This document shows, one piece after another, positions 27,303-37,433 of a stretch of 64,000 nt of DNA (the stretch's first letter is position 1; each line of letters opens with the position of its first letter). The stretch covers positions 5,485 through 69,484 of the forward strand of contig JARYMB010000005.1 of the NCBI GenBank assembly GCA_029907345.1, written 5' to 3'. A program made the position numbers and the translations under genes. The stretch is from Methanolinea sp. (GTDB lineage Archaea > Halobacteriota > Methanomicrobia > Methanomicrobiales > Methanospirillaceae). The notes beneath the pieces are model-generated. The model made no database searches and was not told where the DNA came from. It worked only from the letters and a program-made list of their open reading frames with translations.

Positions 27303-27970
27303 AGCGTGGGGACGTATCGATCCGTGCATCAGGTACCTTTTCTCCCGGCGTCCACCTGGTAACGGGGAGTGTTGGCACAGGCAAGTCGACGCTGGCACTC
27401 GTTGCGGCAGGCCTTCTTTTCCCCGCGGAAGGGTCTGTGGAACGGAGAAGGATCGCGCGTTCCATGCTCCTCTTCCAGTTCCCGGAGTGGCACCTGACAG
27501 GAAGGTCCGTCCGCGAAGAAATAACCTCGTTTGGTGTTCCGGTGGAAGACGTGCTCTCCCGCTCCGGCCTCTCCGGGCGGGGGGGAGAAGACCCCTTCTC
27601 CCTCTCGCGGGGCGAGTTGAAGAGGCTGCTTCTCTCCTGCGTCCTTGCGCGGGACGATGACCTGCTCATCCTCGACGAGCCGTTCAGCGGCCTCGACTGC
27701 CCCGGCAAAATTCTTCTCTGCAACGAGATCGGAGAAAAAAGACGCGGAATCGTCATCCTGTGTACCCATGAGCGCCATTTCCTCCCCCGCGTGGACGTCA
27801 TCTGGGAATTCAACGGGCACACGCTTGCCTGCCGGGGACGTGTCCCTGGCGCAATCGCCTCCTGGCAGGGTGCTCCTGCAGGGATAAAGGCCTTGGTTGC
27901 AGCAGGACGGATACCACGGAACGTGACGTTCGGGGACATCAGGGAGGCGGCATGCAGGACCCGCGTTTGA
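27257..27970 (+). CDS. ECF transporter ATPase (A' component)
   Basis: Walker A GSVGTGKSTLAL, signature LSRGE, Walker B LLILDEP. Start assigned to in-frame GTG 27257 (alternatives 27263, 27272). The upstream part of the 27044 ORF overlaps the previous gene. Confidence 0.8.
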   Translation: MEVEGVELVLDSVLVKRGDVSIRASGTFSPGVHLVTGSVGTGKSTLALVAAGLLFPAEGSVERRRIARSMLLFQFPEWHLTGRSVREEITSFGVPVEDVLSRSGLSGRGGEDPFSLSRGELKRLLLSCVLARDDDLLILDEPFSGLDCPGKILLCNEIGEKRRGIVILCTHERHFLPRVDVIWEFNGHTLACRGRVPGAIASWQGAPAGIKALVAAGRIPRNVTFGDIREAACRTRV

Positions 27971-28605
27971 GGCTCCTTGCCGTCGTTGCGCTCTCTGCTG
28001 CTGCCTTTGCGTCCGTGCATGGCGCAATACTGGCCTTCTTCTGGTGGGCCTGCACGCTCTCCGGGCCCGTTTCCCTCTGGCGGTCCCGGTGGCCTCTCCT
28101 CGTTTTTTTCCCCCTCCTGGCCGTCGCATTCGCCCTCTTTCTCACGGGCAGAGAATGGGCGTCCTACAGTCTCCGGCTCGCGGTTGTCCTCCTCATCGCG
28201 ACGTTTGCGTACCTGGACCAGGGGCCCGGCGAGTTCCTCGGCGTCTGCACGTGGCTCTTCGGGCGGGGAGTGGGCTTTGACTGCGGGCTTGCCGGCGAAA
28301 TTGCTTTGTCTGCCCTCCGGTTCCTCGAGGACGAACTCGGGAGGGCAAGGTGGGCTTTCTCCCTCAAGGGCATGGCAATCGGTTTGCGGGGCGTTGTCCC
28401 CCTCTCCACCGGCCTCCTGTACAGCGCCCTCCGGCGGGCATCTGACCAGGTGGATCTCCTCGTGGCCAGGGGGTACTCCGGGGGCGGGTCGGTGTGTGCC
28501 CGGTTCCAAGCACCGTTTCGCGATGTCGTTGTCACGGTTGCGGCAGCAGCCATCGCAATCGCCGCTTTTCTGCCACTCGGAGAATTTTTTATACTAATAC
28601 AATGA
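27952..28605 (+). CDS. ECF transporter transmembrane T component (CbiQ/EcfT family)
   Basis: Polytopic membrane protein with the conserved C-terminal ARG-type motif (LLVARGY). GGGAGG lies upstream of the ATG. Confidence 0.75.
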   Translation: MQDPRLRLLAVVALSAAAFASVHGAILAFFWWACTLSGPVSLWRSRWPLLVFFPLLAVAFALFLTGREWASYSLRLAVVLLIATFAYLDQGPGEFLGVCTWLFGRGVGFDCGLAGEIALSALRFLEDELGRARWAFSLKGMAIGLRGVVPLSTGLLYSALRRASDQVDLLVARGYSGGGSVCARFQAPFRDVVVTVAAAAIAIAAFLPLGEFFILIQ

Positions 28606-28666
28606 AGGATTGAGAGGTTTAGCTGTTGCCTCCCGCTCGAGCTGCCGCCAAGCCCGGAGGATCCCC

Positions 28667-30406
28667 ATGCGTATTTCCCGTTCCGGAAAGGTTTCAATCA
28701 CTGATACCACGCTGAGAGACGCCCACCAGTCCCTGATAGCCACCCGCATGCGGACGGAGGACATGCTCACCCTCGCACGGAAGATCGATGGAGTCGGATT
28801 CTTCTCGGTCGAGGCCTGGGGTGGTGCGACATTCGATTCGAGCATCCGTTACCTCGCCGAGGACCCCTGGGAGAGGCTCCGGATGCTCAGGGAGGAGCTG
28901 AAGCGGACCCCCATCCAGATGCTCCTCCGGGGCCAGAACCTCGTTGGCTACAGGCACTACCCTGACGACGTGGTCGACCGCTTCGTGGACCTGGCCCATA
29001 AGAACGGCGTGGACATCTTCCGCGTCTTTGACGCCCTCAACGATATCCGGAACATGACCCGGGCGATGAGGCGGGTGAAGGAGGCGGGAGCCCACCTGCA
29101 GGGGACCATCTGCTACACGACGAGCCCGGTCCATTCGAACGAGAAATTCGCCGGTATGGCAGAGGAACTCCACTCCCTCGAGTGCGATTCCATCTGCATC
29201 AAGGACATGGCGGGCCTGATCATGCCGGAGGCAGCGTATGACCTGGTTTCGCGGATCAAGGACAAGACGGACCTCCCCGTGGACCTCCACTGCCATTGCA
29301 CGAGCGGGATTGCACCGATGAGTTACCAGGCAGCTATCGAGGCCGGTGTCGATATCCTCGACACCGCGATGTCCCCCTTTGCCATGGGCACCTCGCAGCC
29401 CCCGACCGAGAGCATTGTCGCCGCTCTGCAGGGAACGCCGCGGGACACCGGGATCGACTTGCGCGCCCTGCGGGTCGTGCGGGACGAGTGCATGAAGATC
29501 CGCGGGAAGTACGCGGGCATCCTCGACCCCATATCCGAGAGGGTCGACAGCGATGTCCTCCTCTACCAGCTCCCCGGGGGGATGATCTCAAACCTCGTCT
29601 CCCAGCTCAAGGAGCAGGACGCCCTGGACAAGCTCAACGCCGTCCTCGAGGAAATCCCCCGGGTGCGCAGGGACCTTGGCTACCCGCCGCTCGTCACGCC
29701 CACGTCCCAGATCGTGGGCACGCAGGCCGTCTTCAACGTCCTCCTCGGCGGAGAACGCTACAGGAACGTGACGAACGAGGTCAAGGACTACGTTCGGGGG
29801 CTCTACGGAAAACCGCCCGGCGAGATCCCCGACGATATCCGGAAATTGATCATCGGCGACGAGCCGGTTATCACCGTCCGGCCTGCAGACCTCCTCGAGC
29901 CGGTATACGAGAAGATGAAAGCCCAGGCGACGGCCGAAGGGCTGGTCAAAAAGGAGGAGGATGTCCTGACGTACATCCTGTACCCCGCAATCGCTCCCTC
30001 GTTCCTCAAGGGGGAGAGAAAACCCGAGGATATCCCCGCAAAGAAGGCGGCGGTCCCCGATGTCCCCGTCATACCCCATGCCATGGAGGTTGAAGTGGAC
30101 GGCGAGGTCTTCTCGGTCCGGATCATCTCGGTCGGGGGAAGCTCGGTCGTCCAGGCGTCACCGGCACAGGAGAAGATCCCCCGCGGGGATATCCCGGGCG
30201 GGATCAAGGCCCACATGCAGGGCATGGTCCTGAAAATCCTCACCAGCCGCGGCGCCCAGGTGAAGAAGGGTGACCTCCTCCTCGTGCTGGAGGCGATGAA
30301 GATGGAAAACCCCATCCACAGCCCGGTGGACGGCAGGGTGGAAGACATCTTCGTCGATACCGGGGACACGGTGCAGAGCGGTGACGTGCTCCTGGTGGTG
30401 AAATGA
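28667..30406 (+). CDS. pycB: Pyruvate carboxylase subunit B (carboxyltransferase plus biotinyl carrier domain)
   Basis: [14 protein letters not shown]-terminus, TIM-barrel CT domain and C-terminal biotinylation motif EAMKMEN. ATG at 28667. Confidence 0.92.
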   Translation: MRISRSGKVSITDTTLRDAHQSLIATRMRTEDMLTLARKIDGVGFFSVEAWGGATFDSSIRYLAEDPWERLRMLREELKRTPIQMLLRGQNLVGYRHYPDDVVDRFVDLAHKNGVDIFRVFDALNDIRNMTRAMRRVKEAGAHLQGTICYTTSPVHSNEKFAGMAEELHSLECDSICIKDMAGLIMPEAAYDLVSRIKDKTDLPVDLHCHCTSGIAPMSYQAAIEAGVDILDTAMSPFAMGTSQPPTESIVAALQGTPRDTGIDLRALRVVRDECMKIRGKYAGILDPISERVDSDVLLYQLPGGMISNLVSQLKEQDALDKLNAVLEEIPRVRRDLGYPPLVTPTSQIVGTQAVFNVLLGGERYRNVTNEVKDYVRGLYGKPPGEIPDDIRKLIIGDEPVITVRPADLLEPVYEKMKAQATAEGLVKKEEDVLTYILYPAIAPSFLKGERKPEDIPAKKAAVPDVPVIPHAMEVEVDGEVFSVRIISVGGSSVVQASPAQEKIPRGDIPGGIKAHMQGMVLKILTSRGAQVKKGDLLLVLEAMKMENPIHSPVDGRVEDIFVDTGDTVQSGDVLLVVK

Positions 30407-31881
30407 CCTACTTCGAGAAGGTCCTTGTCGCAAACCGGGGCGAGATCGCGATCCGCGTGATGCGGGCCTGCCGGGAGCTCGAGATCGAGACGGTCGCCAT
30501 CTATTCCACCGCGGACTCCGACGCCCTCCACGTGAAATACGCAGACGAGGCTTTTTTGGTCGGCGAGGCCCCGCCGGCAAAGAGTTACCTCAACATGGAG
30601 AGGATCGTCGATATCGCCAAGAAGTCGGGGGCCGAGGCCATTCACCCCGGTTACGGGTTCCTCGCAGAAAACTACAAGTTCGCCAGGCTCTGCCAGGAGG
30701 AGGGGATTGTCTTCATCGGGCCGTCCTGGAAGACGATCAAGGCCATGGGCTCGAAGGTCGAGTCCAAGCGGATGATGCGGGAGGCCGGTGTCCCCGTCCT
30801 GCCCGGGACGGAAGGAGGCATCGATGATCCGGAGAAGGCCTGCGGGGTCGCGGAAGAGATCGGGTACCCGGTGATCGTCAAGGCGAGTGCCGGTGGCGGC
30901 GGGATCGGGATGCACATCGTCCACGACGAGGCCCATCTCAGGGCGGCCATCGAGGCCGGACAGCGGATCGCCCAGTCGGCGTTCGGAGACGCGACGGTCT
31001 TCATCGAGAAATACCTGGAGAAGCCCCGCCACATCGAGTTCCAGGTACTCGCCGACGAGCACGGCCACGTCGTCCACCTCTACGACCGCGAGTGCTCGAT
31101 CCAGAGACGCCACCAGAAGCTGGTGGAGGAAGCCCCCTGCCCCATCATGACGCCCGACCTCCGCGAGAGGATGGCGGCCTCCGCGATTGCAGTCGCACGG
31201 GCATCGGATTATGCAAACGCCGGGACGGTCGAGTTCCTGTACTCCAACGGAAACTACTACTTCATGGAGATGAACACGCGCCTCCAGGTCGAGCACACGG
31301 TCACCGAGCTCATCACCGGCCGGGATATCGTCAAGAAGCAGATCGCGATTGCCGCAGGCGAGGCTCTCCCGTTCGACCAGGAGGACGTGACCATCCGGGG
31401 CCACGCCATCGAGTGCCGGATCAACGCCGAGGACCCGCTCAATAACTTTGCTGCAGACCCGGGCAAGATTCTCCGGTACCGGTCCCCCGGAGGACCGGGC
31501 ATACGGGTCGATTCCGGGATCCACATGGGGTATACCATTCCCCCGACCTACGACTCGATGATCGCCAAGCTCTGCGCCTGGGGTGCTGACCGGCGGGAGG
31601 CGATTGCCCGGATGCGGCGGGCAATCTACGAGTATATCATTATCGGTGTGAAAACGACTCTCCCCCTCCATCTCGCCGTCATGCACAACCCCCACTTCAT
31701 CGAGGGTGATACCCACACCCACTTCCTCGAGGAGGACCATATGGCAAAGACGCTTGCACGGTACGTCCGCGAAGAGGAATCGCGTATGCAGACACTCGCG
31801 GCATCGCTCCGGCAGGGCAAGCAGATCGCGGCCATTACAGGTGCGGTCAGCATCTACCTCCAGGGCCAGCGGAAGAAGTGA
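30403..31881 (+). CDS. pycA: Pyruvate carboxylase subunit A (biotin carboxylase)
   Basis: [21 protein letters not shown]-grasp motifs, [10 protein letters not shown]. Start overlaps the pycB stop (ATGA). Confidence 0.95.
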   Translation: MTYFEKVLVANRGEIAIRVMRACRELEIETVAIYSTADSDALHVKYADEAFLVGEAPPAKSYLNMERIVDIAKKSGAEAIHPGYGFLAENYKFARLCQEEGIVFIGPSWKTIKAMGSKVESKRMMREAGVPVLPGTEGGIDDPEKACGVAEEIGYPVIVKASAGGGGIGMHIVHDEAHLRAAIEAGQRIAQSAFGDATVFIEKYLEKPRHIEFQVLADEHGHVVHLYDRECSIQRRHQKLVEEAPCPIMTPDLRERMAASAIAVARASDYANAGTVEFLYSNGNYYFMEMNTRLQVEHTVTELITGRDIVKKQIAIAAGEALPFDQEDVTIRGHAIECRINAEDPLNNFAADPGKILRYRSPGGPGIRVDSGIHMGYTIPPTYDSMIAKLCAWGADRREAIARMRRAIYEYIIIGVKTTLPLHLAVMHNPHFIEGDTHTHFLEEDHMAKTLARYVREEESRMQTLAASLRQGKQIAAITGAVSIYLQGQRKK

Positions 31882-31964
31882 GGAGAAAACCCTTTTGCCC
31901 CCCTTTTACTCCAAAACAGAACCTTTAAGAGCGTATACCGCGTCTTTACTATGCACTTTCGTGC

Positions 31965-32078
31965 GCTGCGGTGGCCTAGCTGGTTAGGGCGCCAGACTCA
32001 TAGGGTTTTGAGCAGACACAAGAAGCGCCCATCATCTGAGATATCTGGAGGTCGTGGGTTCGGATCCCACCCGCAGCA
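31965..32078 (+). tRNA. tRNA-Met (CAU) with a 40-nt intron at the canonical 37/38 position
   Basis: Acceptor GCTGCGG/CCGCAGC, D-arm GCCT...GGGC, anticodon stem CCAGA/TCTGG, loop CTCATA|intron 32003-32042|A, T-arm GTGGG-TTCGGAT-CCCAC, discriminator A. Exon CTCA can pair with intron TGAG, and intron GGG with CCC, which is consistent with a splicing helix. Confidence 0.85.
32065..32078 (+). repeat. attL core (within tRNA-Met)
   Basis: TCCCACCCGCAGCA, identical to 55964-55977. Confidence 0.65.
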
Positions 32079-32111
32079 TTATAACGTAAGGTTCGAATCC
32101 CCAGGTTTTCT

Positions 32112-32119
32112 TTTATATA
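32112..32119 (+). promoter_or_regulatory. TATA box candidate for the integrase gene
   Basis: TTTATATA is centred about 29 nt upstream of ATG 32145, implying a leaderless or near-leaderless transcript. Confidence 0.4.
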
Positions 32120-32144
32120 CTCCCTTCTCTGACCATTCTTGTAT

Positions 32145-33371
32145 ATGCCTTCCATAGATCAAACACAAAACTATTTTGCCAGCAAGAAACCCGAATACGT
32201 TCATGCAGCGCTCATGAAATCGCTCGCAACCGGTCAGCTGGTCCGTTCAGATGCCGATATCATCACCGAATTTCTGGCCGAACGTAAGTCGGCAGGGGGT
32301 ATCGGATTGAGCCGGACCAACAAAGTTGCTTTCACTTTGATTGGATGGCGTCGGTTTCTGCCTCCTTTCTCCGAGCTTACGATGGGATCTGTCTACACAG
32401 GTATCGAGACACTCAAACACGCCACGAGCAGACATGGGCGACCGTTCAAACAGAACACCATCGCCGACCACGTGGTTATCCTAAAACAGTTCCTGCTCTG
32501 GATGATCGAGAACCAGTACATCAACCTCCCCGAGAAGAAGATCAAGGCCATCAAGAACCCAAGCAAGGACTGGCTGACCAAGACTGCTGCTGACATTCTC
32601 ACTCCGGAGGAGATCCAGAAGATTCTCGATGCCTGCCGGAACTCCCGGGATCGGGCCCTGATCATGACCCTCTACGAAGGAGGATTCCGGGCCGGAGAGG
32701 TTGGGCGGTTGACCTGGGGCGACCTGAAGAATGATTCCAAGGGGATCGCGGTGAATATCGATTTCAAGACTGGTATTCCCCGCTACATCAGGCTGGTCAT
32801 GGCGAAGAGGTATATCGCGGAATGGCGGGCTGATTACCCGCTCATGATTACCCCAGAGTCACCGGTATTTCTGAACATTTACAAGAGACCCCTGACGTGG
32901 GCGGGGATGAGGAAGCAGACCGAGGAGATTGCCAAGAGAGCCGGTATCACCAAACACATCACTCCCCATCTCTTCCGTCATTCGAGAATCACTCACCTGA
33001 TCCAGGAGGGAGCCAAGGAAAGTGTCATCAAGCTCATGATGTGGGGTACGCTGAACACCGATATGTTTGCGACCTATGCCCATCTCTCCGGCAGGGATAT
33101 CGACAGGGAGATTTCCCGGTTGTATGGGCTGGAAGAGGATCCGAACGCAAAAGAACATGCGCGACTCGAACCACGGATATGCCCGGCGTGTAATCTGATT
33201 AATCCGCCCGGTGAAGATTATTGTCGCGGGTGTATGGAAGCTTTATCTGAAGAGGCCATTGCTGATGAAGAATCAATCCGTCGGTTTGTTATAAGTCGCC
33301 CCAGAATGTTTCGTAAATACCTGGACGAAGTTGAGCAAAATAACATTCACTCCACGGTTGAAAAGATTTAA
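32145..33371 (+). CDS. int: Tyrosine recombinase / integrase with C-terminal zinc ribbon
   Basis: Catalytic-domain motifs (RDRALIMTLYEGGFRAGE, HLFRHSRITHLIQEG, FATYAHL) and C-terminal CPACN...CRGC. It lies adjacent to a tRNA gene. The ORF track starts at TTG 32139. Confidence 0.9.
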   Translation: MPSIDQTQNYFASKKPEYVHAALMKSLATGQLVRSDADIITEFLAERKSAGGIGLSRTNKVAFTLIGWRRFLPPFSELTMGSVYTGIETLKHATSRHGRPFKQNTIADHVVILKQFLLWMIENQYINLPEKKIKAIKNPSKDWLTKTAADILTPEEIQKILDACRNSRDRALIMTLYEGGFRAGEVGRLTWGDLKNDSKGIAVNIDFKTGIPRYIRLVMAKRYIAEWRADYPLMITPESPVFLNIYKRPLTWAGMRKQTEEIAKRAGITKHITPHLFRHSRITHLIQEGAKESVIKLMMWGTLNTDMFATYAHLSGRDIDREISRLYGLEEDPNAKEHARLEPRICPACNLINPPGEDYCRGCMEALSEEAIADEESIRRFVISRPRMFRKYLDEVEQNNIHSTVEKI

Positions 33372-33439
33372 AATCCCCATTTCACTTTTTTTTACTTGTA
33401 TGTGACCAGCGGTTTTTCCTCCCTCTTCCCTTGGGTTGC

Positions 33440-33595
33440 ATGCAAGGTGATACATTGAAATCAGAAATTCTCTACACTCGACGTGATGCTTTGGAGGCTT
33501 ATGAACGTCATACTGGCTTCCACGGTATCGGACAGTTTCTCAGAGAACAGGGATTGATCGTCATCAAGGAAGAGGAATCATCATGTGCAGAATAG
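33440..33595 (+). CDS. Small hypothetical protein, 51 aa (not in ORF track)
   Basis: Hand translation gives MQGDTLKSEILYTRRDALEAYERHTGFHGIGQFLREQGLIVIKEEESSCAE. Composition is protein-like and no family was recognised. Confidence 0.3.
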   Translation: MQGDTLKSEILYTRRDALEAYERHTGFHGIGQFLREQGLIVIKEEESSCAE

Positions 33596-33710
33596 CGGGC
33601 TCCCCCAGTATGTTCACGCCTTCCACAGCTCAAACACAGAGGGAACCCATATTTTCCTGTGTGCCTAAGGCAAAAAACCTTCGTATTCCGGATATAATGG
33701 AGGCGTTCTG

Positions 33711-33869
33711 ATGGTCAGGAAGGCTAAGAGATGCCCCCATTTCACCAGCCGGAAAAGTGGGAAGTGGACCGAGATGGTCTGTATGCTGCCTGCCGGAGGA
33801 ATGTGCCCGAATCCCCGATGCCAGGCAAACCCGGATTACCAGGAGCCGGTGCCGGATGCCGGCGAGTGA
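33711..33869 (+). CDS. Small Cys-rich protein, 52 aa (not in ORF track)
   Basis: MVRKAKRCPHFTSRKSGKWTEMVCMLPAGGMCPNPRCQANPDYQEPVPDAGE. GGAGG lies 8 nt upstream of the ATG. The 3' end overlaps the next ORF by 14 nt. Confidence 0.4.
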   Translation: MVRKAKRCPHFTSRKSGKWTEMVCMLPAGGMCPNPRCQANPDYQEPVPDAGE

Positions 33870-34236
33870 GCATTCCGAGACTGCACCTACCACCAATCAC
33901 CAGCGGGGCCGGGCCGTGGAGGCCATGGCCTTCGCCCTTCTGCGCAAGCGAGGATACAGTGTCATCCGCTCCATGCGGTACTCCTCGGCTGTGCATCTGG
34001 TTGCCTGGTGCGACAAGGCCCGCCCCCTCTTTGTCCACGTGAAGCGGACACGGCAGGAGGTGGCCGGTGCGACCGAGGTCGCTGCCCTCTGGCGGGACGA
34101 CATCGCCGCACTCCAGGCTATCCCACGGTGGGATGGGGTATCGGTGCAGCTCTGGGTCCATGCTGGTCCGAAGGGCTGGCGGTTCTTCGAGGTAATGCCT
34201 GGCGGGGTTCTCGAGGTGCATGGCCATGTGGCGTGA
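33856..34236 (+). CDS. Hypothetical protein with weak Hjc/YraN-type (PD-(D/E)xK-fold-like) resemblance
   Basis: RGRAVEAMAFALLRKRGYSVIRS...VHLVAW...LFVHVKRTR resembles the resolvase/endonuclease core, but the acidic catalytic residues are not obvious. Start chosen at MPASEHS. Confidence 0.45.
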   Translation: MPASEHSETAPTTNHQRGRAVEAMAFALLRKRGYSVIRSMRYSSAVHLVAWCDKARPLFVHVKRTRQEVAGATEVAALWRDDIAALQAIPRWDGVSVQLWVHAGPKGWRFFEVMPGGVLEVHGHVA

Positions 34237-34423
34237 ACAGGATGACGGCCACATGACGGACCGGAAGATCTGCCCGATCATGTCCGAGCCGCGAGGCATC
34301 GTTCTCTGCCAGGGGAAGAACTGCGCTGCAGCCTACCCTCGGAATCTTAAGGGAGAGGTCCTCTGGTTCTGTGAGCTCATCGAGGGTCATCCGCCCCAGT
34401 CCGGGAGGGATCATGAGCCATGA
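34220..34423 (+). CDS. Small hypothetical protein (67 aa)
   Basis: The ORF overlaps both neighbours (17 nt upstream, 11 nt downstream), which fits the translationally coupled chain. It contains four Cys residues. Confidence 0.4.
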   Translation: MAMWREQDDGHMTDRKICPIMSEPRGIVLCQGKNCAAAYPRNLKGEVLWFCELIEGHPPQSGRDHEP

Positions 34424-37400
34424 AACCCTCCAGGCCGCCAGGGTCCTCTTCGTTCCCGGTCAGGTTGTCGAAGTCCGGGCTATCATTGACGAGGGGATGG
34501 CGAGCGGGTATTTCGATGATCTGGAGAAGCTCGGGGACCAGGTCGATACACTGGATGGCCTGCCCGGGGTGCAGGGGATTTATGTCACCTTAAACGAGGT
34601 GAACCCGGCCCTTCTCTCCCGGCGTGCGAACCGGATCAAGGCCCGGCTTTCGAAGAAGGACGCTACCACGGCTGATACTGATATCATACGCAGGCACTGG
34701 TTCCCGGTAGATGTGGACCCGGCCCGGCCTTCTGGTGTGTCCTCAACTGATGGGGAGCACAAGGCAGCGATCGATACGGCTGCCCGGGTGGCTGATTACC
34801 TGGCCGATCTGGGATGGCCGGCTCCGGTCTTTGCAGATTCGGGGAACGGTGCTCACCTGCTCTACCGGATCGACCTGCCGAACGACGACCGGTCCCGCGA
34901 CCTGGTGAAGCGGTGTCTCGAGGTCCTTGCTGTCATGTTCGATGATGGCATGACCTCGATTGATACGGCGAATCACAACGCTGCCCGGATCTGGAAGCTC
35001 TATGGGACGATGAGCCGGAAGGGGGACAATACCCCCGACCGGCCTCACCGGAGGTCCTGTATCCTGTCGGTTCCTGCCGAGATTGAGGTAGTGCCCGGGG
35101 AGCTCCTAGAAGGGCTGGCATCTGCCCTCCCTGCTGCCTTCCCTGAGCCGGTACCAAAACAGGGTAGGAGTACCGGCCATACCCTGGACCTTGCCTCCTG
35201 GCTCCGGGACCATCGTATTGGGGTCGCCCGGGAGAAGCCTTACCAGGGGGGCATGCTGTATGTCCTGGACGAGTGCCCGTTCTCCGGTGCCCACCGGGAC
35301 GGGGCCTTCGCTATCCAGTTCCCGAGCGGTGCTATCTATGCCGGTTGCCAGCACGCTTCTTGCGGTGGCGGGTCGCAGCGGTGGCCGGAACTCCGGGAGA
35401 AGTTCGAGCCGAAGGCAGGGAGGGCTACAAAGGAACCAGCAGCCCCCACCCCAGGATCCCGGACACGGACGGCTCTACCTCTCTCCCTTGATGAGCTTCC
35501 TGGTCGGGTGGAGGCTCTGGCGGTCCTGAAGCACGGCGACCCGAAACAGGCGATGCTCCGGACCTTTGCCCTGGATCATGAAGGTGACGAGGTAGTAGCC
35601 GAGTGCCTGATCCTCTCCCTGGCCTCCCGTTCGGTCCTCAATACCAACGGCCTGCACGTCTCTGTGACCGGGGAGAGCGGGAAGGGGAAGAGCCATGCCT
35701 TCTCCTCGCAGCTCAGGCAGGTCCCTCCCCGGTTCCGCCTGGAAGGGGCCATGAGCAACAAGGCTCTCTTCTACCTCGAGGATCTGCAGCCGGGATCGGT
35801 GATCGTGCTGGACGACCGGGCCCTCTCCGAGGACATGGCCGAGATCCTGAAGGGAGTGACCACCTCCTTCCGGACCCCGTTCGTGTACCGGACGGTGAGC
35901 AAGGACCGCCGTGCGCAGGTCTGCACTATTCCCGAGCGGTGCATCTGGTGGGTGGCGAAGGTGGAAGGGGTCGGTGATGACCAGGTATTCAACCGGATGC
36001 TCACCTGCTGGATCGATGATACCGAAGAGCAGGATGCCCGGGTGCTTGTCCGTATCCTGGCCCGCGATGTGTCCCTGCCAAACAACCTCGAGGAGGAGCG
36101 GCCCGAGGTGATGGCTTGCCGGGCTATGTGGGAGCTTGTCGGCCAGCAGCGGTTCTACGTGGTGATCCCTTTCGCCACCAGGATCCGGTTCCAGGCGGCA
36201 GCGAACCGCCGGAACCCGGAGATGCTGCTGGACTTGATCAAGGCCAATACGGTCCTGCGGTTTATGCAGCGGAATCAGCAACGAGTGGGGTCTGTGGTTT
36301 CTCTCACTGCTACCAGCGAGGACTTCCTTGAAGCGACCCGGCTCTATGGGTTGCTGAACGGGACGGTTGGGGGCCAGCAGACTAAGCTCACCAAGCGGGA
36401 GTCCGGGCTGCTGGCGATCATTGAGCGGAGCCAGTGGCCGGAGTTCACCATTCCGATGTTGCAGAAGGCCTCGGGGTTGTCGAATGCATCCCTTCACCGG
36501 ATCATCCACGGCTATGCAAGCAGGGGAGCGGTGTATTCCGGTCTCCTGGAGAAGTGCCCTGCCATCGCCTACTGTGACCGCACGGTGGTGACCGATGAAG
36601 AGGAGCGGGGTCTTTCCATGCGGCGGAGGACCAATGCCTACACGTTTGACCCGGATCTCTACCGGTCCTGGTGTGCGGGCGGGGCGGTCTGGCTGGACGA
36701 TGATGATGACCCGGACCATCCTTCAGCACTTCAGCAGTCCTTCAGCAATCCTTCAGCAGTTGCTGAAGGGAATGAAAACGAACCAGGAAGCCCTGATTCT
36801 AGTAATAATAATAAAAATATTTTATTTAGTACTCATTATGAGGTATCCTTCAGCAAGTCCCAGGATACACAGCACCCTGATCGTGATGGGGTGCAGGCTT
36901 CAGCATGTGTGTGTGATCTGAACTCTGCTGAAGGGCAGGATCCGAATTCTTCTCAAACACCACCAATTCCTGAAAAGTTATCGGATTGTGCCGGAATATC
37001 CCTTCAGAAATCCCTTCAGCAGGATGAAGGTTGCTGTAGGAATGACAGTCCGCGCCGGATTAACGCGAGGGACTACAAGTCCCTGGAAGTTCCTGACCAT
37101 GCACCGTGCTCTCTCTGTGGCAGCTCCTGGACTCACTATGTCGAGAAGTTAACCGAGGAACGGAGGAAGCGGCCAAAGGACCAGTGGCAGCCCCGCCAGA
37201 TCTGCAAGCGGTGTTATACGGCTGCAAAGCGGAAGGCACAGGAATCGGCAGTTATCCTTCCCGGGACCTATGACCTAACCCGGCTGGAGCGGCTGAAGTC
37301 CACGGTCGGCCGGTGCACTATCTGCGAGCTCGATTCAGCCGTTTATATCGACCGCAGCACCGGGACGAAGTTCTGCGATGTTTGCTACCAACGGGTATCC

Positions 37401-37433
37401 GGATCTCCTGATCATGGGGAGGTGAGAGGATGA
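34413..37433 (+). CDS. Replication protein: archaeo-eukaryotic primase-polymerase (PrimPol) domain fused to a P-loop NTPase/helicase and C-terminal zinc ribbons
   Basis: AEP motifs WFPVDVD (DxD), SGNGAHLLYR (sGxGxH) and IDTANHNAARIWKLYGT. A Cys/His cluster CPFSGAHRDG...CQHASCGG follows. Walker A GESGKGKS and Walker B VIVLDD are present. The C-terminus has CSLCGS...CKRCY and CTICE...CDVCY. Likely start MSHETLQ at 34413. Confidence 0.85.
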   Translation: MSHETLQAARVLFVPGQVVEVRAIIDEGMASGYFDDLEKLGDQVDTLDGLPGVQGIYVTLNEVNPALLSRRANRIKARLSKKDATTADTDIIRRHWFPVDVDPARPSGVSSTDGEHKAAIDTAARVADYLADLGWPAPVFADSGNGAHLLYRIDLPNDDRSRDLVKRCLEVLAVMFDDGMTSIDTANHNAARIWKLYGTMSRKGDNTPDRPHRRSCILSVPAEIEVVPGELLEGLASALPAAFPEPVPKQGRSTGHTLDLASWLRDHRIGVAREKPYQGGMLYVLDECPFSGAHRDGAFAIQFPSGAIYAGCQHASCGGGSQRWPELREKFEPKAGRATKEPAAPTPGSRTRTALPLSLDELPGRVEALAVLKHGDPKQAMLRTFALDHEGDEVVAECLILSLASRSVLNTNGLHVSVTGESGKGKSHAFSSQLRQVPPRFRLEGAMSNKALFYLEDLQPGSVIVLDDRALSEDMAEILKGVTTSFRTPFVYRTVSKDRRAQVCTIPERCIWWVAKVEGVGDDQVFNRMLTCWIDDTEEQDARVLVRILARDVSLPNNLEEERPEVMACRAMWELVGQQRFYVVIPFATRIRFQAAANRRNPEMLLDLIKANTVLRFMQRNQQRVGSVVSLTATSEDFLEATRLYGLLNGTVGGQQTKLTKRESGLLAIIERSQWPEFTIPMLQKASGLSNASLHRIIHGYASRGAVYSGLLEKCPAIAYCDRTVVTDEEERGLSMRRRTNAYTFDPDLYRSWCAGGAVWLDDDDDPDHPSALQQSFSNPSAVAEGNENEPGSPDSSNNNKNILFSTHYEVSFSKSQDTQHPDRDGVQASACVCDLNSAEGQDPNSSQTPPIPEKLSDCAGISLQKSLQQDEGCCRNDSPRRINARDYKSLEVPDHAPCSLCGSSWTHYVEKLTEERRKRPKDQWQPRQICKRCYTAAKRKAQESAVILPGTYDLTRLERLKSTVGRCTICELDSAVYIDRSTGTKFCDVCYQRVSGSPDHGEVRG

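Noticed and set aside
27190-28509. 439-aa minus-strand ORF across the ECF ATPase/T-component genes
   Set aside because: The translation is Arg/Pro/Gly/Ser-rich and low-complexity. It lies antisense to plus-strand genes with clear Walker and ECF motifs. This is a typical shadow ORF in high-GC DNA.
29803-31740. 645-aa minus-strand ORF antisense to pycB/pycA
   Set aside because: It is antisense to two unambiguous carboxylase genes. The product has no motifs and a skewed composition.
32003-32042. Possible C/D-box guide RNA inside the tRNA-Met intron
   Set aside because: A CTGA (D-box-like) is present, but there is no RUGAUGA C box. The 40-nt length is too short for a standard C/D sRNA.
32086-32106. 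T-loop-like string AAGGTTCGAATCCCCAGG just downstream of tRNA-Met
   Set aside because: The flanking bases do not form a T-stem (TAAGG versus CCCCA) and there is no acceptor strand. It may be a relic, but that cannot be supported.
35475-36719. 414-aa minus-strand ORF inside the replication gene
   Set aside because: It is antisense to the PrimPol-helicase gene, which has Walker motifs in this interval. The composition is Pro/Arg/Gly/Leu/His-rich.
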